From the NCBI GenBank assembly GCA_964424375.1, contig CAYRIH010000006.1, forward strand, positions 1 through 45,352: a DNA stretch of 45,352 bases. The letters run 5' to 3'. This document shows positions 19,225 to 28,852 of the stretch, one piece after another (position 1 is the stretch's first letter; the number at the start of each line of letters is the position of its first letter). A program made the translations under genes and the position numbers. The notes beneath the pieces are model-generated. The model did no database searches and was not told the DNA's origin. It saw only the letters and a list, made by a program, of their open reading frames with translations. The stretch comes from an uncultured Candidatus Saccharibacteria bacterium. GTDB lineage: Bacteria > Patescibacteriota > Kazan-3B-28 > UBA10110.

Positions 19225-19713
19225 TTAATTTGGGTATTTTGTATTTATTTTTTTAATTCTATTAATCATACGTGTTGTTGAGTTATGTTTTTTAAATCTC
19301 GGTAGTATTTTTAATTTAGCACCTAATTGTTGTATTTCATCTTCCCATTGTAACCATCTTTTATCATAAGCAGCAAAAATATCTGGTTTTAATTTCATTA
19401 GTATTCTTACAGTTGGTACTGGTTTATTTTTTGCTGGCTTAGGTGCGACCAAGGAATAATCTACACTTTTAATTGCATCTACTAAAATTGCCCTATTCCC
19501 TTCGCTTATGATGGGTCTGTCCATGCCCTTTCTTTCTTTTACTCGTTTATTTGAGGAAACAGCTATGACAACGATATCAGCTAAGTTAGATAACGCTTTA
19601 AAATAATCTATGTGTCCAAGATGTAGTAAGTCGAAAACCCCCCCAGCAAAAATGATTTTTTGGTTCTTATGTTTTCTTCTAATATTCTCCAACTCAGAAA
19701 ACTTGATAAGCAT
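19225..19713 (-). CDS. Cytidylyltransferase/adenylyltransferase family protein (RfaE domain II/TagD-like)
   Basis: GGVFDLLHLGH (HxGH); KGMDRPII; STTRMI. Confidence 0.88.
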   Translation of the reverse strand: MLIKFSELENIRRKHKNQKIIFAGGVFDLLHLGHIDYFKALSNLADIVVIAVSSNKRVKERKGMDRPIISEGNRAILVDAIKSVDYSLVAPKPAKNKPVPTVRILMKLKPDIFAAYDKRWLQWEDEIQQLGAKLKILPRFKKHNSTTRMINRIKKINTKYPN

Positions 19714-19722
19714 AAGAAATAG

Positions 19723-20652
19723 TTACTTTGAAAGCCAGTAGACTATCCAATCCATCAGCCAAAAAGAGCTTAGGATTTTTTCGAATTTATTATCTCCTGG
19801 CATATCAATAATTTTATGGTTAATTTTTTGTTTAGCTAATACTTCTGCTAATAATTGAATTTGTTTTTTAGTTTTTAAATCTTTAGAATCTTCTAAAAAA
19901 ATAGCAAGGTATTTAGTTCTATTGTTATTAAAGCCAATTATTTCGCTATGCATTAACCGAGATAAAGTGTTCCAAAAACATGGGATTTGGACATTATGAT
20001 TTATTTTAATCTTAGTTGTTTGAGCTATAGACCAGTAATCATCAGGCACATATATTAAAGGAGTATGTTTTTTAATTGATGCAGCTAATTTTTTGCCCAA
20101 TTGAGGTAGATATAGTTGAGATATATTTTTTGTAGTTGTTAGAATATCTTCTTTATTACTATTACCGATAATTTTAGCGTTTATTAATATCTGAGATAAA
20201 GCGGCTATTATATATCCGGTAGTAGTGTGTATGTCAAAATGTCTGTTAAGTTTGGGAATTAAAATTAGAGGGATATTTCTTTCTCTGGCATATATTTCTA
20301 ACTGTCTGCCTGCGGTAATGACAACTAAAGGAATTTGTTGTTCATAAGCCGATTTAGCACTATTTAAAATTCCAGATTCGTTTCCAGAAAAAGATAAAAT
20401 AATTATTAAAGAATCTTTATTTATATTGTTTGGCAAACTTTGATCATATCTAATTTTGTAAGGAATTTTGATTTGTTCTTCAAATAGATTGATTAATATA
20501 TTAGCAGGGATCAGATTATCGGCGGGGCCAGTAATTATAATTTCTTTAGGCTGTTTTAGATTGATAGTTTCAGCTAACCTAAAGCCCGACTCAAATTGAT
20601 TGGGCCAGTTGCTTATCATTGAATATTTATCTGATAAATCTAATGTTTTCAT
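19723..20652 (-). CDS. SIS-domain protein resembling bifunctional phosphoglucose/phosphomannose isomerase, with degenerate motifs
   Basis: WPNQF, SFSGN, VITAG and CFWNTLSRLMHSEIIGF follow the PGI/PMI layout; ATG at 20652 preferred over the upstream GTG. Confidence 0.7.
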   Translation of the reverse strand: MKTLDLSDKYSMISNWPNQFESGFRLAETINLKQPKEIIITGPADNLIPANILINLFEEQIKIPYKIRYDQSLPNNINKDSLIIILSFSGNESGILNSAKSAYEQQIPLVVITAGRQLEIYARERNIPLILIPKLNRHFDIHTTTGYIIAALSQILINAKIIGNSNKEDILTTTKNISQLYLPQLGKKLAASIKKHTPLIYVPDDYWSIAQTTKIKINHNVQIPCFWNTLSRLMHSEIIGFNNNRTKYLAIFLEDSKDLKTKKQIQLLAEVLAKQKINHKIIDMPGDNKFEKILSSFWLMDWIVYWLSK

Positions 20653-20704
20653 CCCGTTAGAGTCCACGATAATTAAGTCTTTTATTATTCATATTCATTA
20701 TTTT

Positions 20705-20971
20705 TTAATGGATATCCCAATCTCCCATATCTATTGGTTTTATAGTAGTACCTTCCCAGCGACCGTCACTGCCCAAATGAATATAAATTGGATCGGTAAT
20801 TCCTAATGGATTAATATGTTCTTCGTTTTCCCCTTTTCCGCATATCCATCTGATTGGCTTTGATATGTCATCGGGATTATTATTATCAGAATGTTCTAAA
20901 ATTACTCCTCCAGATTCCACAAATTCATCTACTGGTTCTAAATCTGGTCTAAAAGAGTTTTCTATGCTCAT
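20705..20971 (-). CDS. Hypothetical acidic protein
   Basis: 88-aa ATG ORF with TATAAT upstream. Confidence 0.55.
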   Translation of the reverse strand: MSIENSFRPDLEPVDEFVESGGVILEHSDNNNPDDISKPIRWICGKGENEEHINPLGITDPIYIHLGSDGRWEGTTIKPIDMGDWDIH

Positions 20972-21033
20972 TTTTAGTAATTATATAGTTTAGTAGCAAA
21001 ATATCAGGTAGACTTTATAATATACTTGAATAT

Positions 21034-21108
21034 GGCCCGTTCGTCTAACGGTTAGGACGCGAGCTTCTCAAGCTCGAAACAGGGGTTCGATTCCCCTACG
21101 GGCTACCA
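21034..21108 (+). tRNA. tRNA-Glu(CTC)
   Basis: Acceptor GGCCCGT/ACGGGCT; anticodon arm CGAGC-TT CTC AA-GCTCG; GGTTCGA T-loop; encoded CCA. Confidence 0.97.
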
Positions 21109-21136
21109 TGTGATGGAATTTTGGTATGCTTAGGGT

Positions 21137-21892
21137 ATGAAGATAGTGTCTTGGAATGTAAATGGGATTAGGGCTGCACATAGGAAAGGGTTATTAAAAT
21201 GGTTTAAAAAATTTAAACCAGATATTTTATGTGTGCAAGAGTTAAAAGCCAAGGAAGATCAAATCCCTGATGAAATAAGGCAAATTAAGGGATATCATTC
21301 TTTCTACAATCCAGCTTATAAAAAAGGATATAGCGGGGTCGGTATTTGGAGTAAACAAAAACCCCTTAAAGTTACAACTAAACTGGGGTTTAAGCGGTTT
21401 GATAATGAAGGCAGATTGCTGATGTTAGAATATAAAAATTTTACTCTGCTTAATTTTTATATCCCTCATGGAGATAGAACTAAAAAGAATCTGCAGTTTA
21501 AATTGGATAGCTATAGGTATATTTTTAAGTTTCTAAAGAAGTTAAAACACAGGAATCTAATACTGATTGGAGATTTTAATATTGCTCACCAAGAAATAGA
21601 CCTGGCTAGACCTAAAGCTAATCTAAATAATATTATGTTCACCCATGAAGAAAGGCAGCAAATTTCTGATTTAATCAAAACAGATTTTATAGATACTTTT
21701 AGATATAGTCATCCTAAAGCTCAAAAATATACCTGGTGGCCATATTTTGCTAATGCTAGGGCTAGAGATTTGGGTTGGAGAATAGATTATGTTTTTATAT
21801 CCCAAAAAATGAAGAATAAGCTTAAAAAAGCATTTATCTTAACTGATATCTTAGGATCTGATCATTGTCCAGCTGGGATAGATATAAAATAA
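21137..21892 (+). CDS. xth: Exodeoxyribonuclease III / AP endonuclease
   Basis: SWNVNGIRA, CVQELK, GYSGV, GDFNIAH, GWRIDY and GSDHCP motifs. Confidence 0.95.
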   Translation: MKIVSWNVNGIRAAHRKGLLKWFKKFKPDILCVQELKAKEDQIPDEIRQIKGYHSFYNPAYKKGYSGVGIWSKQKPLKVTTKLGFKRFDNEGRLLMLEYKNFTLLNFYIPHGDRTKKNLQFKLDSYRYIFKFLKKLKHRNLILIGDFNIAHQEIDLARPKANLNNIMFTHEERQQISDLIKTDFIDTFRYSHPKAQKYTWWPYFANARARDLGWRIDYVFISQKMKNKLKKAFILTDILGSDHCPAGIDIK

Positions 21893-21939
21893 AACCCCAC
21901 CAACATCTTAGACAACTGTCGCCATAGACTTGGTGGGGG
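21891..21939. terminator. Hairpin, terminator-like, with its T-run on the minus strand
   Basis: CCCCACCAA (21895-21903) / TTGGTGGGG (21930-21938). Confidence 0.5.
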
Positions 21940-22247
21940 TATTTCCATAAGTTTACCAAATTTTTTTGTTTCAATTCTTTCACAATCCAATAAACTATGA
22001 GCTAACTTTAAGGTCTGGTACTGCAGGACATATTCTTCTTTGAATACATACCCGCGTCCTCCTCGCCGATCTTTTCTATTATGTGTGATCGACTTTCTTT
22101 ATTTTAAAGATCTATTAAAATAATAACATATTATAAGTTTGTGTCAATAATTTTGTACGCCTAGACTGTATAGTTCTTGTATTATCAGTTGTTTTATAGT
22201 AATTTGTAATCACCTTGAAAAATACATAAAAGGAGGCTCTAGCTATC

Positions 22248-22484
22248 ATGAGTAATTCATCGAGCATGTCTGATGAGGAAATTGCTGAACTTCTAAATGA
22301 TAATCTATCTCCTACCAGGAGACAGGAACTTGTTGTTAAATTGAACGGTGATCCCGACGCAGCCGAAATTTTAGCTTTAGCATATCCTGAGGTTGATACC
22401 AGCGCCAGCGGTGGTGGTATTCCTGAGGAACTGATTGATGAATTAGCAAAGTTCGTACAAGCTACTCGGGATAGTGGACCCTAA
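22248..22484 (+). CDS. Hypothetical acidic protein
   Basis: AAGGAGG SD; 78 aa; followed by a terminator. Confidence 0.7.
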   Translation: MSNSSSMSDEEIAELLNDNLSPTRRQELVVKLNGDPDAAEILALAYPEVDTSASGGGIPEELIDELAKFVQATRDSGP

Positions 22485-22506
22485 AACTCTGAACTGCTTA
22501 TAAAAT

Positions 22507-22578
22507 AAAGCACCTAGTTAGGTGCTTTTTGTTTTGGGCATAAAAAAACCACTCCATTTTAGAGACAGAGTGGTTTTT
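22507..22578. terminator. Two terminator hairpins between convergent genes
   Basis: AAAGCACCTA/TAGGTGCTTT (22507-22528) and AAAAACCACTC/GAGTGGTTTTT (22544-22578). Confidence 0.7.
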
Positions 22579-22598
22579 GGTCTTTATAGGTAAATTAA

Positions 22599-22805
22599 TT
22601 ACTTTTTGTCCTTCTTCTTGAGAATTGGCAAACCAGTACGAGAACTTTCTATTATCTTATAACCTTCTGGAACTGCATCTAAAGCATTTGGTCTGATGTC
22701 TTTAGCAAAATAATAAATCATTTGCTTCCGTCCTCCTTTAAGAATGACATTTTTACCGTGAAGGTAGTAAGTTCTATCCTTACTATTTGTGTGACTAAAA
22801 GCCAT
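22599..22805 (-). CDS. Conserved small basic hypothetical protein
   Basis: HTNSKDRTYYLH...IYYFAKD...TGLPILKK pattern; AGGAG SD. Confidence 0.8.
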   Translation of the reverse strand: MAFSHTNSKDRTYYLHGKNVILKGGRKQMIYYFAKDIRPNALDAVPEGYKIIESSRTGLPILKKKDKK

Positions 22806-22862
22806 ACAACTCCTTTTTATTAACTAATATAATAATAGTTTAATTCTATCACCTATGTACTC

Positions 22863-23375
22863 CTATGACAATGTAGCTTCTCCTGGTTTCCAATTGATTG
22901 GGCAAAGCTTGCCGGTTTGTAAAGCTGATAGAGTTCTTAAAATTTCATCAACACTTCGTCCTACATCATTGTCAGAAATAGTTATATGTTTGATGATACC
23001 ATCAGGATTAATAATAAAAGTGCCTCTGAGAGCGACTCCTTTATCTTCTAGTAGTACATTATAATCTCTGCTGATGCGTTTGTGAAAATCACTTAAGAGC
23101 GGAAATTCCAGGCCGCCCAACTCTTCAGCCCATTTTTTATGAGAGTGAATGCCATCAACACTGATTCCAACCATAGCTGTATTAAGCTTTTTAAAGTCTT
23201 CTATTTGATTGTTAATACCAGTTATTTCTGTAGGACAAATAAAAGTAAAATCTGCTGGATAGAAGAATAGTATAGTCCATTTCCCATTAAAATCAGCTAG
23301 ACTATATGTTTTGAATTTATCCTTTAAGTAGCCTTCTAATTTGAAGTCTGGAGCCTGATCGCCAATCTTAAGCAT
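22863..23375 (-). CDS. ahpC: 2-Cys peroxiredoxin (AhpC/TSA)
   Basis: FFYPADFTFICPTE; GRSVDEILR; LCPINW. Confidence 0.92.
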   Translation of the reverse strand: MLKIGDQAPDFKLEGYLKDKFKTYSLADFNGKWTILFFYPADFTFICPTEITGINNQIEDFKKLNTAMVGISVDGIHSHKKWAEELGGLEFPLLSDFHKRISRDYNVLLEDKGVALRGTFIINPDGIIKHITISDNDVGRSVDEILRTLSALQTGKLCPINWKPGEATLS

Positions 23376-23484
23376 ATTAACCTCCTAAGTTATTGATTAT
23401 TAGATACTTCATCATAGTATTATGATGAGAATTGGTAAAGCCATTTAATCAGAACTTAAGTTTATGGGTGTATGGAAATGATAA

Positions 23485-24288
23485 TTAAGCAGCTTTTAAT
23501 CTTATACCAATAACTTTGATTTCTCGACTATCAATTTTTTTCAATAATGCATTATATTCTCTTAAATTAAACATACCTTGGGAATATCTCAGAATGTTGC
23601 GAGCGTCCTTGAATTGGTTTGACTTAAGGTGGATATCAATAATATTTAGACACCTATCTTTTGGACCAACAGAAGGTTCTTTGGGTTCAGTGGATTGAGA
23701 TTTATAATCATTTGGAGATAGTTTATTGATTAACTCTGCCTTGGAAACTTGGGTTTTAATTGGTTTTGTTTCTTCTATTATTATATTTTGTGCTTCCTGC
23801 ACAACACTTTTTTTGTCAGATTCACTGGCGGAACAAAATTTGTCTATAATCTGGTTTTGTCGTTGTCCAGATAAATTCTTAACTGTTATAGCAGCTAATA
23901 ATTTAACTTGAAGTGATTTAATCTCTTTAATAATATTTTTCAGTTCACTAATAATTTGTTTTTTTTCTGAGTAATCAGCCATATCAGTTTTACTACGCCA
24001 TTGGTTTTTGTCCTCGGGATTGAGTAGTTGGGTATTTAATAAGCTTTCTATTTTATTAACTATACTTAATCCTGAGGTAACAAAATCATCAATAATATCA
24101 ATTAAACTTTCCATATGAGCCAGCTTCTTACAAGCCTCAAAGCCTTGACGCCATAGGTTAGCTTCCTCAGAAGTAAAAACTCCCAAAAACAAAGCCTCGT
24201 TTATTTTGCTGTACATTTCTGCCCTTAAAATAGCCATTTCTTCAGGCAGTAAAATTTCCTCTGAATTGGAGATAGTTTCTTTTTCCAT
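23485..24288 (-). CDS. Hypothetical helical protein
   Basis: Long ORF; ATG at 24288 avoids overlap with mscS. Confidence 0.7.
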   Translation of the reverse strand: MEKETISNSEEILLPEEMAILRAEMYSKINEALFLGVFTSEEANLWRQGFEACKKLAHMESLIDIIDDFVTSGLSIVNKIESLLNTQLLNPEDKNQWRSKTDMADYSEKKQIISELKNIIKEIKSLQVKLLAAITVKNLSGQRQNQIIDKFCSASESDKKSVVQEAQNIIIEETKPIKTQVSKAELINKLSPNDYKSQSTEPKEPSVGPKDRCLNIIDIHLKSNQFKDARNILRYSQGMFNLREYNALLKKIDSREIKVIGIRLKAA

Positions 24289-24304
24289 AAATTGTTTTAA
24301 TAAA

Positions 24305-25150
24305 TTAAACTTGCTTTTGAATTTCAACTCGATGAGGGAAAGGTATTTCTATCCCCTCTCTATCAAAAGCTTCTTTTAATTTTTGCCGCAAAAGCCTGGT
24401 TATTTCCCATTGGGCACCTGGTTTGGTTCTGCCCAGTATTTTTATAATAATAGCTGAATCAGCAAATTCTTCTACTCCAATTAACTGGGGTGCCTGAATA
24501 ACTTTTTCGTTATTAGACATATCTTGGCCAACTTGATTAATAATCTGTTTAAGCTTGTTTAAATCAGTATCATAAGCTATGCCGATATTTAAATTTATTC
24601 CTGACCAGCCCTTGCTTTTATTGCTGGCCATAGCAATTTCACCATTAGGTATATGGTGTTGGGTGCCGTCTAGATCTCTCAACACAGTTCTTCTCAAATC
24701 AAATTCTTCTACAGTGCCAGTTATCCCTGCCAGAGTTACTATATCCCCTTCTGAATATTGATCCTCCATTAAAATAAAAATGCCATGAAATAAGTTTTTT
24801 ACCATATCCTGGGCCCCAAAACCAATGGCAATTCCCATAATCCCAGCTCCGGTCAGAATTGGAGTAACATTAATGTCTAACTCAATAAAAACCATCAGCA
24901 AAACTATCAAAAATATGATAATACCAGTAGTTTTAGTAATAACCTGATTTATGGTGCTGATTCTTTTTTCTCTGCCTGTATCTGATCTATCTGGAGATAT
25001 ATGTTTGTTTAAAGTAGATGACAGTAGAGTTTTGCTAGTTTTGGTTAACAAAATTTGAGCCACTAAACCCAAAATGATAATAAAGGCAATTTTTATTCCC
25101 GAAGTCTGCAACCACCCCAAAATAATGCTATTTAGGTTTTCGTAATCCAT
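24305..25150 (-). CDS. mscS: Small-conductance mechanosensitive channel family protein
   Basis: GAGIMGIAIGFGAQD; GTVEEFDLRRTVLRDLDG; IPNG; GIEIPFP. Confidence 0.9.
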   Translation of the reverse strand: MDYENLNSIILGWLQTSGIKIAFIIILGLVAQILLTKTSKTLLSSTLNKHISPDRSDTGREKRISTINQVITKTTGIIIFLIVLLMVFIELDINVTPILTGAGIMGIAIGFGAQDMVKNLFHGIFILMEDQYSEGDIVTLAGITGTVEEFDLRRTVLRDLDGTQHHIPNGEIAMASNKSKGWSGINLNIGIAYDTDLNKLKQIINQVGQDMSNNEKVIQAPQLIGVEEFADSAIIIKILGRTKPGAQWEITRLLRQKLKEAFDREGIEIPFPHRVEIQKQV

Positions 25151-25162
25151 AATGATTGGTTT

Positions 25163-26143
25163 TTAATTTAGTAGACCAGAAACTCTTTTGGGAATTGAAG
25201 TATCTGAAATTGATAAATCAAAACAGTAATAACCTATTGGATGATAAAAAGTTGTGCCACTACGATTAGGCAAAAGCTCTGAAGAAGTAATGTCTTGAGT
25301 GTCTTGGTTAAATTCCGTATTGAAAGTAGCACATAGCTGATAAGATTTAGCCCCAGTTATTTTATATTCAAACTCTTCTTTTGTTTCTGGATCTAGCAAT
25401 CCATCTCTAGCTATATATATTCTTACATCGTTAGCTAATTCATTCAGATCTTTAGGTAGACGATGATACCCTTCCGAATTTTGAGGATCGTAAAAATTAT
25501 AAATAGCCATGCGGATATCAGACAATCTTTCTATTCTAGTTTGGTCTAATCTTTTTATTCTCCTTAAAGCTGGGCTATCAATAATTAAAAGCCCAGTAAT
25601 TACCGAAGCGGTTATAATTAAAATTACTGACCATTCAAAGATCTTAAAACTGGCAGGAATAGGTTTAGTTTGCCCATCAAAAAACCGTAAATGCCAATAT
25701 TGATAACCTAATACAGCAAAGGCAATTATTAAAGTAATTAGAGTGTGGATAATAAATATTAAAGCTAGAGTCCCATTTAAATAAGAGACAAATATGGAGA
25801 TTATCTGCCAGATAATAATTAAAATTACTACTACCAAAGTAAGATAAAGCAACCAGTTTCTAACTCCTGTGTGATGCCGCATTCTACCACTGCCTAACAT
25901 CTTGTTGGCCACAAAATTTAAATATAAAAATATGGGAAAAGCTATAACTACAGCAGCCAAAAAGCCAATTATACTGGAATCGCTAGATAAGTCTTGAAAA
26001 ATATCTACAGCATCTGGTAGATATTTGTTGGTAATCGCTTTGAGTAAAAAATTAAGACTAACGCTAAAAATTAGTAAAGTAGCATAACTTAAAAGGTAAA
26101 TAAAACCATCTCGGGCATAATTGTAACGAGTAGAAGTATTCAT
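25163..26143 (-). CDS. Multi-TM membrane protein (DUF5671-like) with a C-terminal pilin-like extracellular domain
   Basis: About 5 TM helices; DSPALRRIKRLDQTRIERLSDI...LPKDL...DPET...YQLCATF. Confidence 0.7.
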   Translation of the reverse strand: MNTSTRYNYARDGFIYLLSYATLLIFSVSLNFLLKAITNKYLPDAVDIFQDLSSDSSIIGFLAAVVIAFPIFLYLNFVANKMLGSGRMRHHTGVRNWLLYLTLVVVILIIIWQIISIFVSYLNGTLALIFIIHTLITLIIAFAVLGYQYWHLRFFDGQTKPIPASFKIFEWSVILIITASVITGLLIIDSPALRRIKRLDQTRIERLSDIRMAIYNFYDPQNSEGYHRLPKDLNELANDVRIYIARDGLLDPETKEEFEYKITGAKSYQLCATFNTEFNQDTQDITSSELLPNRSGTTFYHPIGYYCFDLSISDTSIPKRVSGLLN

Positions 26144-26171
26144 ATCTTGATTATACAGTTATATTTAAATT

Positions 26172-27896
26172 ATGAAACTAAAGTGGTGGTTAGCATGGAT
26201 TGGCTATTTAGGACTGGCTATAATTATGACTTGGCCTCTGATTTTTAATTTGACTTCGCATATTATGGGAGCTGGAGGTGATGCTCCAATGTTTTTATGG
26301 AATGCTTGGTGGATTAAACAAGCCTTATTTGAGGGGCAATCTTTGTTTACTACTGATTATATGTTTTGGCCACAAACAATTAATTTAACTCTCCATACTC
26401 TAACTTTAGTTAATTCCACAATCATTGCCTTATTGTCTGAATTAATGAATTTAATTTTGGCTTTTAATCTATATTTCTTAATTTCTATTTCTTTATCTGG
26501 GTTATTTACCTTTTTCTTAGTCCGTCATATTACTAAATCTGATTTACCAGCTTTTGTATCAGGGATTATTTTTGCCTTTGCTCCATATATAACTATGCAT
26601 TGGCTAGGACATCAAAATTTAACCACAGTTTGGTTTATTCCTTTATTTGTTTTATTGATAATTAAATTAACCGAAGAAAAAAAGTGGTTATATGCCATAT
26701 TAGCAGGAGTGGTAGCCGGACTAGCTTCTTTAAATGATTTTTATAATCCCGTATTTTTGTTCGGGTTTTTAATTATTTGGCTTTTGTGGCTCTGTTTTTC
26801 TAATAAACGGAAGCTTATTGGTCAATTATGGGCTAGATTTTGCTTAATGATATTTATTTGGGTAGGGGTCTGGTCTATCTGGCTGATTCCAGCTATTAAC
26901 AATTTAATGCAAAATCAAGCTAAAGATGTAATGAGCTTAGAACAAATCGTTACTTTTTATTCGGCTGACTTACTGCGATATTTTGTCCCCAGTTTTCTTA
27001 ATCCTATTTTAGGTTGGCTGGCCTCTGTGGTGCCTGGGAGATTTTCTGGTGGTGTAGAAGGCACTATTTTTGTTGGGTATACTACATTGATATTAATAGT
27101 TGGATTTTTAATTTATAAGTTGTGGCACAAACTAAAAAATCCAATTTTCCCTTCAGTATGGTTTTGGGTGGTTTTAGTCACAGTGGCTGGCATTTTATCT
27201 TTAGGACCATACTTGAAAATAGCCGAGCGGGTTATATTTATTCCCCTGCCCTATGCTTGGATTTATGAACTAATGCCCCTGTGGGGCAACTTTCGAGTGC
27301 CGGCTAGATTTTCTTTGATGGTAATGCTAGGCTTAGCAGTTTTGGCAGGCATAGCATTGTCTTATATATTAACTCGAATTAAAAAAATTTATATTAAGCG
27401 AATAGTAATTTGTCTTATTATTTTATTGGTTACAATCGAGTTTATTCCAGCTCCTTATCCATTAATGGATTTATCTATTCCGCCAGTTTACGAATATATT
27501 AAAAATGATGAGATATCAGAGTCATTGCTGGAAATACCTTGGGGAATAAATTCTGGATATTGGGATGAAGGTAAGTTTATATCTAAGTTCGCTTATTTTG
27601 GCACTTATCATAATAAAAAATTGGCCATTGGTTCAGTTTCACGCATCCCGTATAGTTATTACGAGTTTTATCCAGAAGATCAATTGCCATTTGCATTGCC
27701 TAGCCAGTCCAGTGATATTTTTTATAATGAATTAGATTTTACCAATCAGTGGATAACAGATTTGGTTTTAATTCATAAGAATTATTTGTCTTCTTATGAT
27801 CTTGATGGGTATATCCGATATTTTGAAAACAGTCATTTTACAAAAGTCTTTGAAGACGATTCAGAGATTTTATATAGACTAGGAGATAAGTCCTGA
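26172..27896 (+). CDS. Polytopic membrane protein, GT-C/YfhO-like putative glycosyltransferase
   Basis: Many TM helices; GGDAPMFLWNAWW; FAFAPY; FRVPARF; C-terminal extracytoplasmic domain. Confidence 0.7.
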   Translation: MKLKWWLAWIGYLGLAIIMTWPLIFNLTSHIMGAGGDAPMFLWNAWWIKQALFEGQSLFTTDYMFWPQTINLTLHTLTLVNSTIIALLSELMNLILAFNLYFLISISLSGLFTFFLVRHITKSDLPAFVSGIIFAFAPYITMHWLGHQNLTTVWFIPLFVLLIIKLTEEKKWLYAILAGVVAGLASLNDFYNPVFLFGFLIIWLLWLCFSNKRKLIGQLWARFCLMIFIWVGVWSIWLIPAINNLMQNQAKDVMSLEQIVTFYSADLLRYFVPSFLNPILGWLASVVPGRFSGGVEGTIFVGYTTLILIVGFLIYKLWHKLKNPIFPSVWFWVVLVTVAGILSLGPYLKIAERVIFIPLPYAWIYELMPLWGNFRVPARFSLMVMLGLAVLAGIALSYILTRIKKIYIKRIVICLIILLVTIEFIPAPYPLMDLSIPPVYEYIKNDEISESLLEIPWGINSGYWDEGKFISKFAYFGTYHNKKLAIGSVSRIPYSYYEFYPEDQLPFALPSQSSDIFYNELDFTNQWITDLVLIHKNYLSSYDLDGYIRYFENSHFTKVFEDDSEILYRLGDKS

Positions 27897-27915
27897 CTAA
27901 TAAATAGAATGTTGA

Positions 27916-28722
27916 TTAACTGGCTTTAAATGGTTTAAAGAATCTCCTTGAATAAATGATTTCTTTTATCCTATTTGTGTTAACAGAATCAATAGTATAG
28001 CCAATTAGACCTAAAGATATGATTGCCAATAGTGCCGTTAGCCAATTAATAGGCATGTCACGGTCAGCACTAATATCTTCTGTTATTAGGGCTGTTAATG
28101 ATGCTGTATCTAAAGATGCGAATACGGACTCTGTGATGAGAGCAGTTCTGAGTGTTGTTTGAGAAATATCACCAGCTATTATGGAAGTAGCTTGTGTCGA
28201 TTCTTTTTCTACTCCAAAATGCTGAGTTACAAAAATTATTTCTTTACCATTTACGAATCTAACAGCTACACCAACACCGATGTTAGTAAATTTATTTTCA
28301 AGCAAATTACGATAATGAGAGGGACTATCAATCCAAGCCTTCATTAACTTATCTGTAGAGGTGAATCCTTTGGCTAAATTTTCTCCAGCTAGTAAATAAT
28401 AGTAATCAGTATTATTGATCCAATAAGACATTCTTAGGCCTTCTGGATTAGCGTGGCTGAAATAACCTCTTTTGGCCATATCATTAGCTTTATTTAAAGC
28501 AGAAATCATTAAGCGATTATCTGGCATTAAACTAGGTAATCCAGATTCATTTCTAAGGCGATTGGTGTGCTCTATAATAGTATATCCTTGGTCAACTGCA
28601 AGATTAGCTGCTGATGTTCTAACTGGATTTGATACTATTATTAAAAGAGCTAGAATCGTTAGGCTGGTTCCAGTTAAAATATATTTATAAATAGGTTTTG
28701 TTTTTTGTTTTTTATTTAACAC
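27916..28722 (-). CDS. CAP (SCP) domain membrane protein
   Basis: TNRLR, KANDMAKRGYFSH, AGENLAKG, WIDSPSHYRNLL, IGVGV and TQHFG motifs; terminal TM helices. Confidence 0.88.
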   Translation of the reverse strand: MLNKKQKTKPIYKYILTGTSLTILALLIIVSNPVRTSAANLAVDQGYTIIEHTNRLRNESGLPSLMPDNRLMISALNKANDMAKRGYFSHANPEGLRMSYWINNTDYYYLLAGENLAKGFTSTDKLMKAWIDSPSHYRNLLENKFTNIGVGVAVRFVNGKEIIFVTQHFGVEKESTQATSIIAGDISQTTLRTALITESVFASLDTASLTALITEDISADRDMPINWLTALLAIISLGLIGYTIDSVNTNRIKEIIYSRRFFKPFKAS

Positions 28723-28738
28723 AAATCTAATTTTTAGG

Positions 28739-28793
28739 TTACTTTATTGTATCATAATTTTCTTTATTTGTCAATAGTTATTACTTTATTGTA
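28739..28793 (-). promoter_or_regulatory. sigma70 promoter overlapped by three direct repeats
   Basis: TTGACA (28774-28769), 17 nt, TACAAT (28751-28746); TTACTTTATTGTA at 28739 and 28781, with an imperfect copy at 28760. Confidence 0.6.
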
Positions 28794-28798
28794 AAATT

Positions 28799-28833
28799 AA
28801 AAACCCGAGCTGATTTTTTAAGCTCGGGTTTTT
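28799..28833 (-). terminator. Intrinsic terminator
   Basis: AAAAACCCGAGCT / AGCTCGGGTTTTT downstream of the large surface-protein gene. Confidence 0.8.
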
Positions 28834-28852
28834 TAAGAACTAATGTAATTTT

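Noticed and set aside
21034-21108. Island integrated at tRNA-Glu
   Set aside because: No duplicate of its 3' end was found, and xth follows directly.
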